From: a bacterium
Lineage (GTDB): Bacteria; UBA8248; JACPRG01; G963555815
Direction: 5' to 3'
Assembly: GCA_965261595.1 (NCBI GenBank)
Contig: CBDHDG010000006.1
Coordinates: 800,001 to 864,000, forward strand
DNA: 64,000 bases
In this document: positions 21,485-31,842 of the stretch, piece by piece
Position numbering within the stretch: the first letter of the stretch is position 1
Layout: each line of letters starts with the position of its first letter
The notes under the pieces: model-generated
Database searches by the model: none
Seen by the model: only the letters and a program-made list of their open reading frames with translations
Told to the model about the DNA's origin: nothing
Position numbers and translations under genes: made by a program

Positions 21485-21507
21485 TTCGATTCCCCCAGCC
21501 TCCACCA
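21485..21507 (+). other. 3' fragment of tmRNA (ssrA) or tRNA-Ala; probable island att site
   Basis: TTCGATTCCCCCAGCCTCCACCA = T-loop, 3' T-stem, acceptor strand with U70 and CCA; upstream DNA lacks the 5' T-stem. Confidence 0.7.
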
Positions 21508-21556
21508 AACAAACGCAAAGCCCCGTGGTCAACCCACGGGGCTTTGCGTTTGTTTG
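21506..21556. terminator. Long perfect hairpin, probable bidirectional intrinsic terminator
   Basis: 23-bp stem CAAACAAACGCAAAGCCCCGTGG / CCACGGGGCTTTGCGTTTGTTTG, 5-nt loop. Confidence 0.85.
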
Positions 21557-21565
21557 TAGGCTCTT

Positions 21566-21620
21566 GGGTCGGATGACCCACCGGGTCGGTTGACCCCTCG
21601 GGTCGGTTGACCCACCGGGT
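21566..21620. repeat. Three tandem 17-bp units, each a mini-palindrome
   Basis: GGGTCGGATGACCCACC GGGTCGGTTGACCCCTC GGGTCGGTTGACCCACC. Confidence 0.85.
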
Positions 21621-21667
21621 TCGTCCCCGCGTTCCCAGAAAGTGTGCCACAGGCAGCCTGTCCGCCT

Positions 21668-22141
21668 TTAATACCTGCCGCTGAAATAGTCATCGAGGAT
21701 CTGCGCGTGGTCGAAGTAGAGGGGCGAGGGCAAATTTTCCCGGGTGTACACACCGACGGCCGCGGCGTCGGAGCCGGCGGTGGGCGTTCGGGGACCCCGT
21801 CCCCAGACCCGGCCGATGAAGACCACCGTGATGTTGTGCTGCCGGGCGTCCCTTTTGGGATCGGAATAGGCGTGAAACTGCCGGACCAGCTCGACGCTCA
21901 GGCCCGTTTCCTCCTTGGCCTCGCGGACCGCCGCGTCCTCGAGGGACTCGCCGTAATCCACGAAACCTCCCGGGATGGCCCATCCCCGCGGGGGGTTTTT
22001 TCTTTCGACCAGGATAACGGCCCGCCCGGTTTCAGGGGAAGACGGATCGTCCACCTCGATGATCACATCGACCGTCGGGAAAGGATTGCGGAAGGGAGAT
22101 GCCGCGTCGCCGGGGGCGAATGGGCGGCGGTCGTCGTTCAT
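21668..22141 (-). CDS. NUDIX hydrolase
   Basis: Nudix box [44 protein letters not shown]. Confidence 0.93.
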   Translation of the reverse strand: MNDDRRPFAPGDAASPFRNPFPTVDVIIEVDDPSSPETGRAVILVERKNPPRGWAIPGGFVDYGESLEDAAVREAKEETGLSVELVRQFHAYSDPKRDARQHNITVVFIGRVWGRGPRTPTAGSDAAAVGVYTRENLPSPLYFDHAQILDDYFSGRY

Positions 22142-22282
22142 AGCAGTCTCCTCGGGCGGGCGGGGCGGGTGGTCCGGGTGTGAAGGAGAAAATCCCCCCC
22201 TCCCCTCCCCTCCCCCCAACACATCCGGATAGAATAAGGGCGGGCCGGCCGGTTTGCCAATACTCGGGATGGGAGATCTGCA

Positions 22283-23056
22283 GTGGGTCGCGGTTTTTCA
22301 GGATGGCGATGGTCTCGGGCCGGGGTCTTGGCGCTGGCCGCGGGGTGCGGCGGCGCCTTCGCCGCCGGGGCGAATGAGCCGCCGCCCGAGGAGCGCTTCC
22401 CCGTCCGCCTGATCAAGGGGGAAAAGACCGGGGCGGCGCGGTTCTTCCTCGAGGATTACACCCTTTTCCGCGAGCGGCGCACGGAATTTCGCAGCACTTT
22501 GAAGATCTACACCTACCTCTTCGCGCGCTTGCCCATCGCCTCGGACATGATCCGGGCGTTGAAAATCGGCAAGTACAAAATTACGGAAGGGCCGGACGGT
22601 TCCTACCTGCTCGACACCGGCGCCGGCGTCACAGGACGGTTCTGGATCGTTCACAACGGAAAGGACCGAAAGGTCATCTACGCGGAGGGCGGTTACAGCG
22701 GGTGGCTTCTCCGGAGCCTTGGAGGCCGCGCCACCTTCGCGATCACGTACACACCGGCCCGGACGGACAGGAGCCTCGTCGTGAAGAACCACCTGATGGT
22801 GTTCGTCAAGGTGGACAACGTCGTCGCGGACTTCCTCATCAAGTCCCTGGATTGGATGAGTCGCCTTCTGGTCCGAACCCGGATCCGCCAGGCGTCCTCA
22901 GCCGCCCAAAAGCTGACCGAGGCCATCGCACGGGAGCCTGAGAAGGTTTACGAGCGGCTGGAGAAGAGCCTTCGGATTCCAACGTCCGCGCTGAACGCGT
23001 TTCGGACAAGTTTCCCGGGAGACAGGAACAAGGGGGGGGGAGGGGGGGGGGGGTGA
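22283..23056 (+). CDS. Hypothetical exported protein
   Basis: Long ORF with signal-like N-terminus and protein-like composition; family not recognised. Confidence 0.65.
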   Translation: MGRGFSGWRWSRAGVLALAAGCGGAFAAGANEPPPEERFPVRLIKGEKTGAARFFLEDYTLFRERRTEFRSTLKIYTYLFARLPIASDMIRALKIGKYKITEGPDGSYLLDTGAGVTGRFWIVHNGKDRKVIYAEGGYSGWLLRSLGGRATFAITYTPARTDRSLVVKNHLMVFVKVDNVVADFLIKSLDWMSRLLVRTRIRQASSAAQKLTEAIAREPEKVYERLEKSLRIPTSALNAFRTSFPGDRNKGGGGGGG

Positions 23057-23207
23057 AAAACTCCGACTGACCCCGGGCGGGATATCATCCGCGCTCTACC
23101 CGTTCATCCCAACCAGGGTCATGCGGGCCGGGCGAGGAAGCCGCACCCGCCGCCCCGACTCGATCAGCGGGACGGAAGAACGGTGAGAGATCCGGGGAAA
23201 CCGTAGA

Positions 23208-25640
23208 TCAAGCGCCAGGAACTCCATTGGCGTACATGGCGCCCATTCCGGCCCGCTTCCCCGCGGAAGTCGCCCGAAACGCGTCCACCACATCTTTGTC
23301 GAACTGCACGCCGGCGGACTCTTCAAGATTGCACAAGGCCTGTTGAGGGCTCATCGCGTCGCGGTACGGCCGGTCTGACGTCATGGCGTCGAAAGCGTCG
23401 GCAACGCTCAGGATTCGGGCCAGCAGGGGGATCTCCTCCCCCGTCAAACGGTCCGGATACCCGTCTCCATTCCACCACTCGTGGTGGTTGCGGATGACCG
23501 CCCGCTCCTCGGTCAACAGGCAAACCGGCCGAACGATCTGTTCGCCGATCACCGGGTGCCGGCGCATCGATTCCATCTCGTTCCGACTCAAGCGATCCGG
23601 CTTGAGCATGATGGCGTCCTGAATCCCGACTTTTCCGATGTCATGGAGACGGCCGGCGAATTCCAACATCTCCCGCTGCTCCGGCGGACATTCCAGGATG
23701 TCCGCCATCATGAGGGCGCTTTCAAGTCCGAACAACGCCCTCCCGTACAACCGGCCGTCAGCGTAATCCTCCACCAGCCTCCGGAAGACCTCGACGGCCT
23801 CTCCAAACCGCTTGCGGCTCATCAGCGCGTCGCCCAGGAACGACCAGGCCAGCTCCGCCAAGGCGCGAGGCTTTCCCTCCTTGCCGATCCGACGGTAGGT
23901 CTTGAGGGGATCCCGCAGGGCGGGGTGTTTGGCCTTTAGTTTTTTCGTAACAAATTCGGGTTCCTCGACCGCCAAATCCGCCAGGCGGATCAGACTGATG
24001 ATGGACGATTCCGTCCGCGGGTGTTTCCCGATGACTTTGGCATAACCGTCGATGGCTCGGGCCAAGTCCTTTTCAAGGAGATGGCTTTCGGCCACCCGCG
24101 TCATCACATAGGGCAGGTTTTCGGAATCCGGGAATTTCTCCATTTGCTTGGCATAGAATTTTCTGGCGCGGGAAAACTCCCCGGAAGCCAGGAATGTTTC
24201 CCCCATCAGGAACAGGACATCCGGGGAGAAATTCGCCAATGTGGGCGCCTTCTTGAGCGCCTTTTCAAATTCGGCCTTCGCCAATTCGATCTTTTTCAGC
24301 TGAAAATACGCGCCGCCCAAGCCGTATCGGGCGAGGGCGTGAGCGCCCGCACGCGGATGCTTCAGGGCTTTCTGGAATATCTCCAGGGCCAACTCCGAGT
24401 CGCCCAGTTTCAGATTCGTGAAACCTTGATACGCCATTCCCACCGCGGTGAGCGGATGCTTCGGGTACCGGTCAGCGAGATCCTGAAACGTGGTCTCCGC
24501 CCGAAAGTAAAACCCCAGCTGGCTCTGACTCCGGCCGAGCTGAAGCAGTCCCCAAGGGGTCCATTCGGTCTCGGGGAATGCCTGAACCGCCCAGCGGTAA
24601 GCCGTGACCGCCTGCCTCAGCCGCTTCTTTTTCCGGTCACGCTTCAGCTTACCGATAGAAGCGCCGGGATCATCGAGGTCCAGATCGAATTCATCCACGG
24701 AGGGCTCGGCCTCGAAATGGCTGTCTCCCGACAAATAAGCCGCGCTGGGGGCAAGCCGGCTGCCGGAAAATTTCCGGGCGAACCGGCCGAAGGATTCCGA
24801 CGCCTCGGTGGAATTTCCTTCGTGGTAATGCTTGAGGGCTTCCAGGTATTCCTGGGCGCCCTCTTCTCCATGCCACGGTTTGGGAATGACCGGTTTCCCA
24901 AAAAGCGGCCGCTTGACTTTCACCAATTGAGGGGCGGCCGCCGGAATCACGGCCGGGGCCTTCGGGATCACAGGAGGGGGGGCCTTGCGGCCGATCAGCG
25001 AAAATCTCTCCGCCTCCAACGGCGGCGAGATCACCACCACGGACGCCTGAGCCAGGTAAACCGGAGACGCGGGACGCTCGGCGTCGGCCGTGCGGACCGC
25101 CCGCCCTTTGGGGCCGGGCCGTTGGACAAGCCGGTAAGGCGACATCAGAATCGGACCCGTCCGAAAATCCGGGACTTTCGCCGTAGCCACCGGCCGAATC
25201 GCCAGGTCCAGGACCACCCGATCCGGATTCTTCAGCGTGAAATGGTCATAGGGGCCTTCCGTGCGCGGCAACGGAAGGCGGGCGAGGACCCGAGAGCCTT
25301 TGGCGCGCTCGAGCTTCAGAATCACACCGTCCCTGCCGGCGAGCGCAATCCGATTCGGGACATCAAGTTTCGACACGCCGGAAAATTCCAAGGTCAATCG
25401 TCCCACCTGAACGCCCCACGGCCGGACCCGAACGCGATAGGAGACAGGCTTGGAAAAATCGAAAACCACCCGAAGCCATCCCCCCCGCAGAGCCGCCCGG
25501 ACGCCCAGGAGCCTCCCCCCCCCCTCATCGGCATGCGCCGCGGGAGCGCGCCATGCGGCCCAACTCAGTCCCACGGCCGCCCCGATCAGGACCGTGAAGA
25601 TCCATCGGTTGTGACGGGATTTGGGTTTCATGCGTTCCAT
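23208..25640 (-). CDS. AMIN-like + tetratricopeptide-repeat protein fused in frame to a partial HD-GYP domain
   Basis: Signal peptide, LRVVFDF and LKNPDRVVLD (AMIN-like), multiple TPRs, then LHDIGK, HHEWWNGDGYPDRL, VADAFDAMTSDRPYR. Confidence 0.8.
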   Translation of the reverse strand: MERMKPKSRHNRWIFTVLIGAAVGLSWAAWRAPAAHADEGGGRLLGVRAALRGGWLRVVFDFSKPVSYRVRVRPWGVQVGRLTLEFSGVSKLDVPNRIALAGRDGVILKLERAKGSRVLARLPLPRTEGPYDHFTLKNPDRVVLDLAIRPVATAKVPDFRTGPILMSPYRLVQRPGPKGRAVRTADAERPASPVYLAQASVVVISPPLEAERFSLIGRKAPPPVIPKAPAVIPAAAPQLVKVKRPLFGKPVIPKPWHGEEGAQEYLEALKHYHEGNSTEASESFGRFARKFSGSRLAPSAAYLSGDSHFEAEPSVDEFDLDLDDPGASIGKLKRDRKKKRLRQAVTAYRWAVQAFPETEWTPWGLLQLGRSQSQLGFYFRAETTFQDLADRYPKHPLTAVGMAYQGFTNLKLGDSELALEIFQKALKHPRAGAHALARYGLGGAYFQLKKIELAKAEFEKALKKAPTLANFSPDVLFLMGETFLASGEFSRARKFYAKQMEKFPDSENLPYVMTRVAESHLLEKDLARAIDGYAKVIGKHPRTESSIISLIRLADLAVEEPEFVTKKLKAKHPALRDPLKTYRRIGKEGKPRALAELAWSFLGDALMSRKRFGEAVEVFRRLVEDYADGRLYGRALFGLESALMMADILECPPEQREMLEFAGRLHDIGKVGIQDAIMLKPDRLSRNEMESMRRHPVIGEQIVRPVCLLTEERAVIRNHHEWWNGDGYPDRLTGEEIPLLARILSVADAFDAMTSDRPYRDAMSPQQALCNLEESAGVQFDKDVVDAFRATSAGKRAGMGAMYANGVPGA

Positions 25641-25650
25641 GGCGGAGCGT

Positions 25651-26004
25651 CTATCTCTTTCTGGCGATTCGTTTGAGCAGCTTGATGATCTCTTTGTTCT
25701 GGCGGATCAGCAGGATGCCCGTCCCGGCCTGGATGCGCGCGGCCTCGGCGATTTGTTTGAGGGCCATCTGATCCGATTCTGTCGACAAGGTCCCATCGTT
25801 CTTGTCCATGATGTACTTGATGAGCTTGGCGAAGTCGTCCTCCAGAACCAGGATGTTCTTTTCAGACACCGCGCCGGACCCAATGCTCACCTTGCCCTGG
25901 CCGTAAGCCCCCGTAGCGAGGAGAAGGACGAAAATGACCGTCATGGAGGTGAATTTCCACAGGCTCAATCTTCTTTTAGAGAAACTTATCCCGATTGATT
26001 GCAT
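25651..26004 (-). CDS. Hypothetical small exported protein
   Basis: Hydrophobic signal (VIFVLLLATGAYG), C-terminal LLIRQNKEIIKLL; 10 bp upstream of the TPR gene. Confidence 0.6.
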   Translation of the reverse strand: MQSIGISFSKRRLSLWKFTSMTVIFVLLLATGAYGQGKVSIGSGAVSEKNILVLEDDFAKLIKYIMDKNDGTLSTESDQMALKQIAEAARIQAGTGILLIRQNKEIIKLLKRIARKR

Positions 26005-26279
26005 GGGACTCCATCCAGAATTCAAAGTGAAATTTGGTTTCCCTAACCTGATAGATCGGAGAGCAATACTTATGCCGCTCCAGGGATAGCGGAGAGGGGA
26101 CGCCTTCAAATTCGGTTCAAATTCAAAGGGTTACACTTTGCTCATCAATGCGGTTCATAAAGCGAGAGTGCGGAGGCCTTTGAACCGTATGGAAGAGGTC
26201 TTCTGTCAAAAACTCGACGCCCGACCTTGATTCGCGGGGTGATCCGGGGTTTTCGCGGGAGGGGTTCGGAAATATCCGA

Positions 26280-27005
26280 TCAGGCGGAGGAAGGACGATC
26301 CGTCTCAGCCAGTTCTTGCAGGATTGGGATGGACGCGATCTTCTCCGGGGAGAGACGGTCCCAGTCAATGCCCTCAGGCGCTCCCGCACGGCCCCGGCTG
26401 GGTTGAATTTCATCGGGCACGCAAAAATGGCTCACCGGAACATCATGCTCCATCATGGGAATGGCCCGTTCAACAACCTGGATCGGATGGACCGTCGTTA
26501 CAACGGGGGTGGAGGAGGAGACCTTTCCGAACCTTCGCAGCAGGGCGTATTCCAGGTCCGCATACCCGCCCCCCTTTCCGACTCGCTCGCCCCGCCGGCT
26601 CACGGCCACCGACCCCATCACAATCAAATCGATGTCCGGAAGCGTCTCCGGCGAGACGGGGAGTCCATACCGGGAGGCGCCCCGGATGCTGGAAGCCGCG
26701 TAAGGAGACACGGGGAGTTTCGCGGGATCCAGGAGGATGAAGCATTCCCTTCGCGTCAGCCTGGGAACCGCCATGAGGAGGGTCTTCCCCTGTTCCAGGG
26801 CCAGGCGGCGGACCGGCCGTTGCGGGGAATCCGGGTTTGTCTTGACAACCCGGGCGCTTTCCCATTCGGGAAGCGCGTTCAACCGATCGGCGGCGGCCTC
26901 GGCACCCTTGAAGTTGGGGATTCGCCCGACCGTCCCCGGAAAGAGAGCGACGCCCTCCTCCATCATCCGGGTCCAAATCATTTCGCGCAAAGACTGCTTA
27001 TCCAT
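26280..27005 (-). CDS. 5-formyltetrahydrofolate cyclo-ligase (MTHFSD-like type)
   Basis: GRIPNFKGAE, KTNPDSPQ, GSVAVSRRGERVGKGGGYADLE, HDVPV. Confidence 0.9.
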   Translation of the reverse strand: MDKQSLREMIWTRMMEEGVALFPGTVGRIPNFKGAEAAADRLNALPEWESARVVKTNPDSPQRPVRRLALEQGKTLLMAVPRLTRRECFILLDPAKLPVSPYAASSIRGASRYGLPVSPETLPDIDLIVMGSVAVSRRGERVGKGGGYADLEYALLRRFGKVSSSTPVVTTVHPIQVVERAIPMMEHDVPVSHFCVPDEIQPSRGRAGAPEGIDWDRLSPEKIASIPILQELAETDRPSSA

Positions 27006-27127
27006 CGCCGATTCTGTCAAAATACGCCGTCGAGACCATTGTCCGGACGCGGCCCCTCTCCCCGAGAGCCGGGAGTCGTCGGGGGCGGATTATCCCATCG
27101 ATCGATTGCAAAGGACGGGTGAAAGAA

Positions 27128-27829
27128 ATGGAGAATGAAGCCGCCAGTCGAGAGTTGCTGACCGAGGCCCACGGGATTGTCGAAAAGGAAAAACTGGGAG
27201 ACTGGATCGGCCACGTTACGTGCCGCATTCCACCGGGCGACCGGATTCTGATCAAGCCGCAGTGGGTCCGTCTGGGCGGTCTGCGGCCGAAGGATTTCCT
27301 GGTGGTGGATCTGGAGGGGAAGGTCCTGGATTGGGGCGCCTGCGATCCGGCCCGGAAAGGCTTCAATCCACCCTCCGAATGGCCCCTTCACACAGAGATT
27401 TACCTCGCCCGCGAAGACGTGCAGGCCGTCGCGCACACCCACCCCCTCGTCGCCACGGCCATGACGGTTGCGGGGGTGGACATCGAGCCGCTCTATCATC
27501 GCTCGGCCTACTTCGGCGCCGGGGTCCCGCTCTACCGGAAGCCCGACCTGATCAACACCCGGGCGCTGGGGATCGAAACGGCCCAAGCCCTGGGCGATCA
27601 CAATGCCCTCCTGTTACAGGGCCACGGGGCCATCACGGTCGGCGCCGAAGTGGAGGAATCGGTCATTCTCGCCATTTTCCTCGAACAGTCGGCCTGGACC
27701 CAATGGGTGGCGCAAAGCTTCGGCAAACCGCTGGAAAGACTGCCGGATGACTTCACGGCCCCTTATGTCGGCCTCCAGCCCAATCGCTTCCCCTTCGTGT
27801 GGGATTTCTACAAAGCGATTCACTTGTAG
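27128..27829 (+). CDS. Class II aldolase/adducin-family protein
   Basis: GHVTCR, PPSEWPLHTEIY, AVAHTHP, ALLLQGHG metal-binding histidines. Confidence 0.9.
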   Translation: MENEAASRELLTEAHGIVEKEKLGDWIGHVTCRIPPGDRILIKPQWVRLGGLRPKDFLVVDLEGKVLDWGACDPARKGFNPPSEWPLHTEIYLAREDVQAVAHTHPLVATAMTVAGVDIEPLYHRSAYFGAGVPLYRKPDLINTRALGIETAQALGDHNALLLQGHGAITVGAEVEESVILAIFLEQSAWTQWVAQSFGKPLERLPDDFTAPYVGLQPNRFPFVWDFYKAIHL

Positions 27830-27884
27830 CCGGTATTGCTTAAAACGCTATCGGCTTGCGGGCTCAGCGGGCGCGGCCGAAGCC

Positions 27885-28620
27885 TCAATGGTCGACGGGT
27901 TTTCCGCCCATCACCATGGCCGTCATTTTCCGGGTGAAAAGGTTTTCCATGAGATCGTCCCGCCGGGCGTTCGATAAATCCATCCGTTCCCGATGAACCA
28001 TCCGCTCCAGGGGGCGGCGCGCGCTGGATCGGCCCTGAAGGGGATAGCCGAGGGGGGTGAGACTGGGGATGAAGAAAGAATCCGGGATTCCCAGCAGCTT
28101 TTTCAACTCCTTCTCGGTGGGCTCCTCCACCGTGTACCAGACGGTCCCCAGGCCCAAAGCCGCCGCGGCCAGGTGCACGTTCATGATGGCGGCCGAGATG
28201 CTCATGTAGAGCGTCATATCCACCGGAAAGGGCTCCGTCTGCGGAAAGGACCGCTTGGCCCGATCGTCGCACGCGAAAATGCAGGTACAGGGGCACGTCC
28301 CGGTGATAGCGGCGTTGATAGGCCGGAAACCGGGGATCTTTTCTTTGGAGGTAACGGCCCTCTTCAATCAGCAGCTCCGCGACGGCCCCGCGACGCTCGG
28401 CGTCCTCGACCACCAGAAAGGCCCAGGGTTGGATGTTGGCCCCCGAAGGCGCCCAACGCCCGGCCTCCAACACCCGCATGAGGTCTTCTTCCGAAACGGG
28501 CCGGGGATCGTATTTGCGGATGCTCCTTCGCCTTCGGATCACGGACAGCAGGCTCTCGTAGGCATCCAAGTCCCGGACAAGCGCGGAACCCACGACATCC
28601 CGCGGTGATTGGTCTGTCAT
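27885..28620 (-). CDS. Nitroreductase-family protein (frameshift near 28283)
   Basis: RRRSIRKY, AGRWAPSGANIQPW; second frame AAIMNVHLAAAALGLGTVW...LGYP. Confidence 0.85.
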
Positions 28621-28922
28621 CTCCTCGGTCTCCAAGCCATACGATAAATCGACATCAGGCACCCCAACGAAAGATATCGCCAAGCGGCTATCAGAAACGG
28701 TCGAGCTTACCCCCGGCGCGGCCGGATTGAAAGCGGATTTCGCACCGGGATCATCCCGCAAACCCTTGGATCAATGAATCTTCGAAAGCACGCGCGGCCG
28801 GAAGACCCACCTTCGGCCAGCAGAAAATGGCATGAAAAGTGAATCTCCCTTGATTCCGGTGTTCCAACGTCCATGGAAACCGGAAGGCCGCTTCCCGGAC
28901 GCCGCAGACAGGGAGAGTTTTC

Positions 28923-30185
28923 TTGCAGCCGCAACCCCTCAAGGTCATGGTCGCCGTGGGCGCCCGGCCCAATTACATGAAGGCGGCCCCTCTGATCCGC
29001 GCCTTGACCGGCCCGTCAACCGCCGTGGAAACCGGCCAGCCACCTATCGAGCTGACCGTCACGCACACAGGACAGCATTACGAAGACGGCCTTTCCAGGA
29101 CGCTGTTCGAGGAGCTCTCTCTGCCTGCCGCCGATGTCAACCTGAATGTCGGCTCCGGGCCGCACGGGCGGCAGACCGGCCTCATCCTGCAACGCTTCGA
29201 ACCCGTTTTCGAAGAACAGTGGCCGGACGTTCTCGTCGTCGCGGGGGACGTCAACTCGACGCTGGCCTGCGCGCTGGTCGCGGCCAAGAGCTGGCGGCGG
29301 CTTCCCGGAGGCGGCTGGAAACGCCCGCGCATCGCCCACATCGAGGCCGGACTCCGCAGCTTCGATCCCACGATGCCCGAGGAGACCAACCGCAGACTGA
29401 CCGACGCCCTGTCCGACGACCTCCTCATCCACTCCCCCGAGGCGCGCGGGAACCTCCTGCGCGAAGGGGTCCGGGAGGACGACATCCTGGAGGTCGGCAA
29501 TCTCATGATCGACACCCTGGACCGGCTCCTGCCGCTCGCCCGGCGATCGGACATCTTCGTCCGCCTGGGCCTGCGGCTCGGCGGTGCGCCGGAAGAAGGG
29601 AAGCCGTACGCGCTGTTGACGCTTCACCGGCCGTCCAACGTGGACGATCCCGAGCTCTTCAAGAGGCTTCTGCGGGGGGCGGCGCGCATCTCCCCGGATC
29701 TGGAGATCATCTTCCCCATGCATCCCCGCGTCCGCAAGGCCGCGCCGAAAATCCTGGAAGCGCTTCACCGGGAGCGCGCCGGGCCCTTGGCGCCCATCCG
29801 GCTCATCGAGCCTTTGGGCTACCTCGATTTCATCGCCTTGATGGACCGGGCCGCGCTGGTCCTGACGGACTCGGGCGGCGTTCAGGAGGAGACAACCGCC
29901 CTGGGCGTCCCCTGCCTGACGCTCCGGGAAAACACCGAGCGGCCCGTGACAGTCACGATGGGAACAAACACCTTGGCGGGGATCGAGGAGGAACGGATCG
30001 TTCAGGAGGGCCGACGGTCCTTATCCGGAAACTCCATGCCTTCCTCCCGCCCTCCCCTGTGGGACGGACACGCCGGAGAGCGGGCGGCCGATCTTTTGGT
30101 GCGACGGACACTGGCGGCCTCGGCGGCCGGATACGAGTTGGCGCCCGCCTCTTTGGAACAGAAACAGATTGCGCTTCCCGTCTAA
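28923..30185 (+). CDS. wecB: UDP-N-acetylglucosamine 2-epimerase (non-hydrolysing)
   Basis: VGARPNYMK, HTGQHY, GDVNST, HIEAGLRS, PEETNR, TLHRPSNVD, TDSGGVQEE, RENTERP. Confidence 0.93.
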   Translation: MQPQPLKVMVAVGARPNYMKAAPLIRALTGPSTAVETGQPPIELTVTHTGQHYEDGLSRTLFEELSLPAADVNLNVGSGPHGRQTGLILQRFEPVFEEQWPDVLVVAGDVNSTLACALVAAKSWRRLPGGGWKRPRIAHIEAGLRSFDPTMPEETNRRLTDALSDDLLIHSPEARGNLLREGVREDDILEVGNLMIDTLDRLLPLARRSDIFVRLGLRLGGAPEEGKPYALLTLHRPSNVDDPELFKRLLRGAARISPDLEIIFPMHPRVRKAAPKILEALHRERAGPLAPIRLIEPLGYLDFIALMDRAALVLTDSGGVQEETTALGVPCLTLRENTERPVTVTMGTNTLAGIEEERIVQEGRRSLSGNSMPSSRPPLWDGHAGERAADLLVRRTLAASAAGYELAPASLEQKQIALPV

Positions 30186-30269
30186 AAGACCCCTGGAAGC
30201 GAGGCCAAGCCCCACGGGGTCGCCCAGCGAATTCGGCCGACAGGGCGAGGGAACGCCCGGCCCGGGGCC

Positions 30270-30437
30270 GATCCGGGGGGTGGGCCGGTCTGGCGGCCGC
30301 GGCGATCCTGCTCCTGTCTTGGGCTGGAACCTGCTTTCGACAAAGGGGGATCTCCGGACCCTGCGCGCCCAACTCACGGCGCTTCAGGCCGACTCGGCCC
30401 AATCACGGGCGGAACAGGCGAAGCTGGAGGAAGTCCT
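30270..30437 (+). pseudogene. Fragment of a membrane-anchored coiled-coil protein, cut at IS3 copy 3
   Basis: WAGLAAAAILLL then (shifted frame) LGWNLLSTKGDLRTLRAQLTALQADSAQSRAEQAKLEEVL. Confidence 0.35.
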
Positions 30438-31842
30438 TGGACCGCCCCTGGGTTATTGGACACTCGGGTGAGGGTATTCGACCTCATGCGGCCTCCGCAA
30501 CTTGAGCGAGTTTTTCCTGCCTTGCCTGGGCCGGCGTTCGGTAGCCGTAGCCCTCGAGAATCCAATGATGGTTGTACAGGTTCTTGAACTCAAGCAGCGC
30601 CCACCGCAGTTCCTCTACGGTGGCGAAAGAGCGCACCCACAGGAGATTCTCCTTCAAGATGCGGATAAACCACTCACAGTAGCCATTTCCCTCGGGCGCC
30701 CGCACGAAGCTGGGCGAACTGGTCATGCCCAGGTAGGCGATCTCCCGCTGAAAGTCATCGGACAGATAGGCGGGGCCGTGGTCGTGACGAACTTTAAGCC
30801 CCTCGGCGACGTCCGCCTCCAAGCCGGCGAAGCGCTCGGCGACCCCCTGCCGGATCGGCTCCAGGGCCTCGAAGCGGTTGCCGCTCTTGGCCGCATGGAT
30901 CCCCACGCAGTCCACCGAGCAGTGATCCACCGCCACGAACACCGAGGCCATCCCCTCCTCGGTGGTCACCGTCGTCGTCATGTCCGTGCCCCACATTCGG
31001 TCGGGCCGCTCGGTGCGGATGGTCCCGTTGTGGGCCTTGGGACCTCGGGGTTTGCCCACCCGGTGGGGGGCCTGAAGCCCCGCCTCCCGCATCAGGCGAC
31101 GCACCCGCTCCTTGCTGGTGCGGATGCCCGCGAAGCGCAGCCTCGCCCACACCTTGCGGTAGCCCTCGCCATGGAAGGGAGAGTCCTCCAGGACCTGCCG
31201 GATGTGGCCGAGGAGTTCCGCATCGGTGCACGGGCCCACAGGGCCGCGCTTATTGGGCGTGGGGCGTTCATGAACGGGGACCGCCTCTCGCCGCCGTTGC
31301 GCGTAGACCGTGGAGCGCGCCAAGCCCCAAAGGGCGCACACCCGCTTCAGGCCGTAGGCTCTGCCCGTGGAGGTGAAGCGGGCCTGACTCATCGCCTCCA
31401 CCTCCTGCCGGCTAAAGGGCGGCCGGCCTCCAGGCGGTCGATCTTCTCCCGCAGGACCTCGCCCTCCATCGTGAGTTCGCCCACCTTGGCCTTGAGCCGG
31501 GCGTTCTCCTCGGCCCGCTCATCCGCCGGGCGGGCTTTGAGCGCCGCCTCGCCCCCGCGAAGGAACGCCTCGCGCCAGGCGGAAAGCCGAGCCGCTGTCG
31601 TGCCCAACTCGCGGCAGAGCGTCTCCAGGCTCTCGCCCCGCAAAAGACGCAGGACCGCCTCCCGCTTGCGCCTGGCAGGAGAACCGACCCCGCTCACTGC
31701 GATGCCCTGGGGCCTTGGCTCCGTTCGCCCTGCGGGCGCCCTCCGCCAAAGCCCCCTCTTGCTTTTGTTCGTTCATCGCGACACCCCTTTCTCCATGAAT
31801 CATGGATCAATCGAGTGTCCAACAAAACCCTAGAGCGGGGGA
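30438..31842 (-). mobile_element. IS3-family insertion sequence, copy 3 (orfA frameshifted)
   Basis: Near-identical to copy 1; CCT on both flanks; extra C near 31671; orfB 30484-31392 keeps WGTDMT. Confidence 0.93.
30484..31392 (-). CDS. IS3-family transposase OrfB
   Basis: Same protein as copy 1 OrfB. Confidence 0.92.
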   Translation of the reverse strand: MSQARFTSTGRAYGLKRVCALWGLARSTVYAQRRREAVPVHERPTPNKRGPVGPCTDAELLGHIRQVLEDSPFHGEGYRKVWARLRFAGIRTSKERVRRLMREAGLQAPHRVGKPRGPKAHNGTIRTERPDRMWGTDMTTTVTTEEGMASVFVAVDHCSVDCVGIHAAKSGNRFEALEPIRQGVAERFAGLEADVAEGLKVRHDHGPAYLSDDFQREIAYLGMTSSPSFVRAPEGNGYCEWFIRILKENLLWVRSFATVEELRWALLEFKNLYNHHWILEGYGYRTPAQARQEKLAQVAEAA

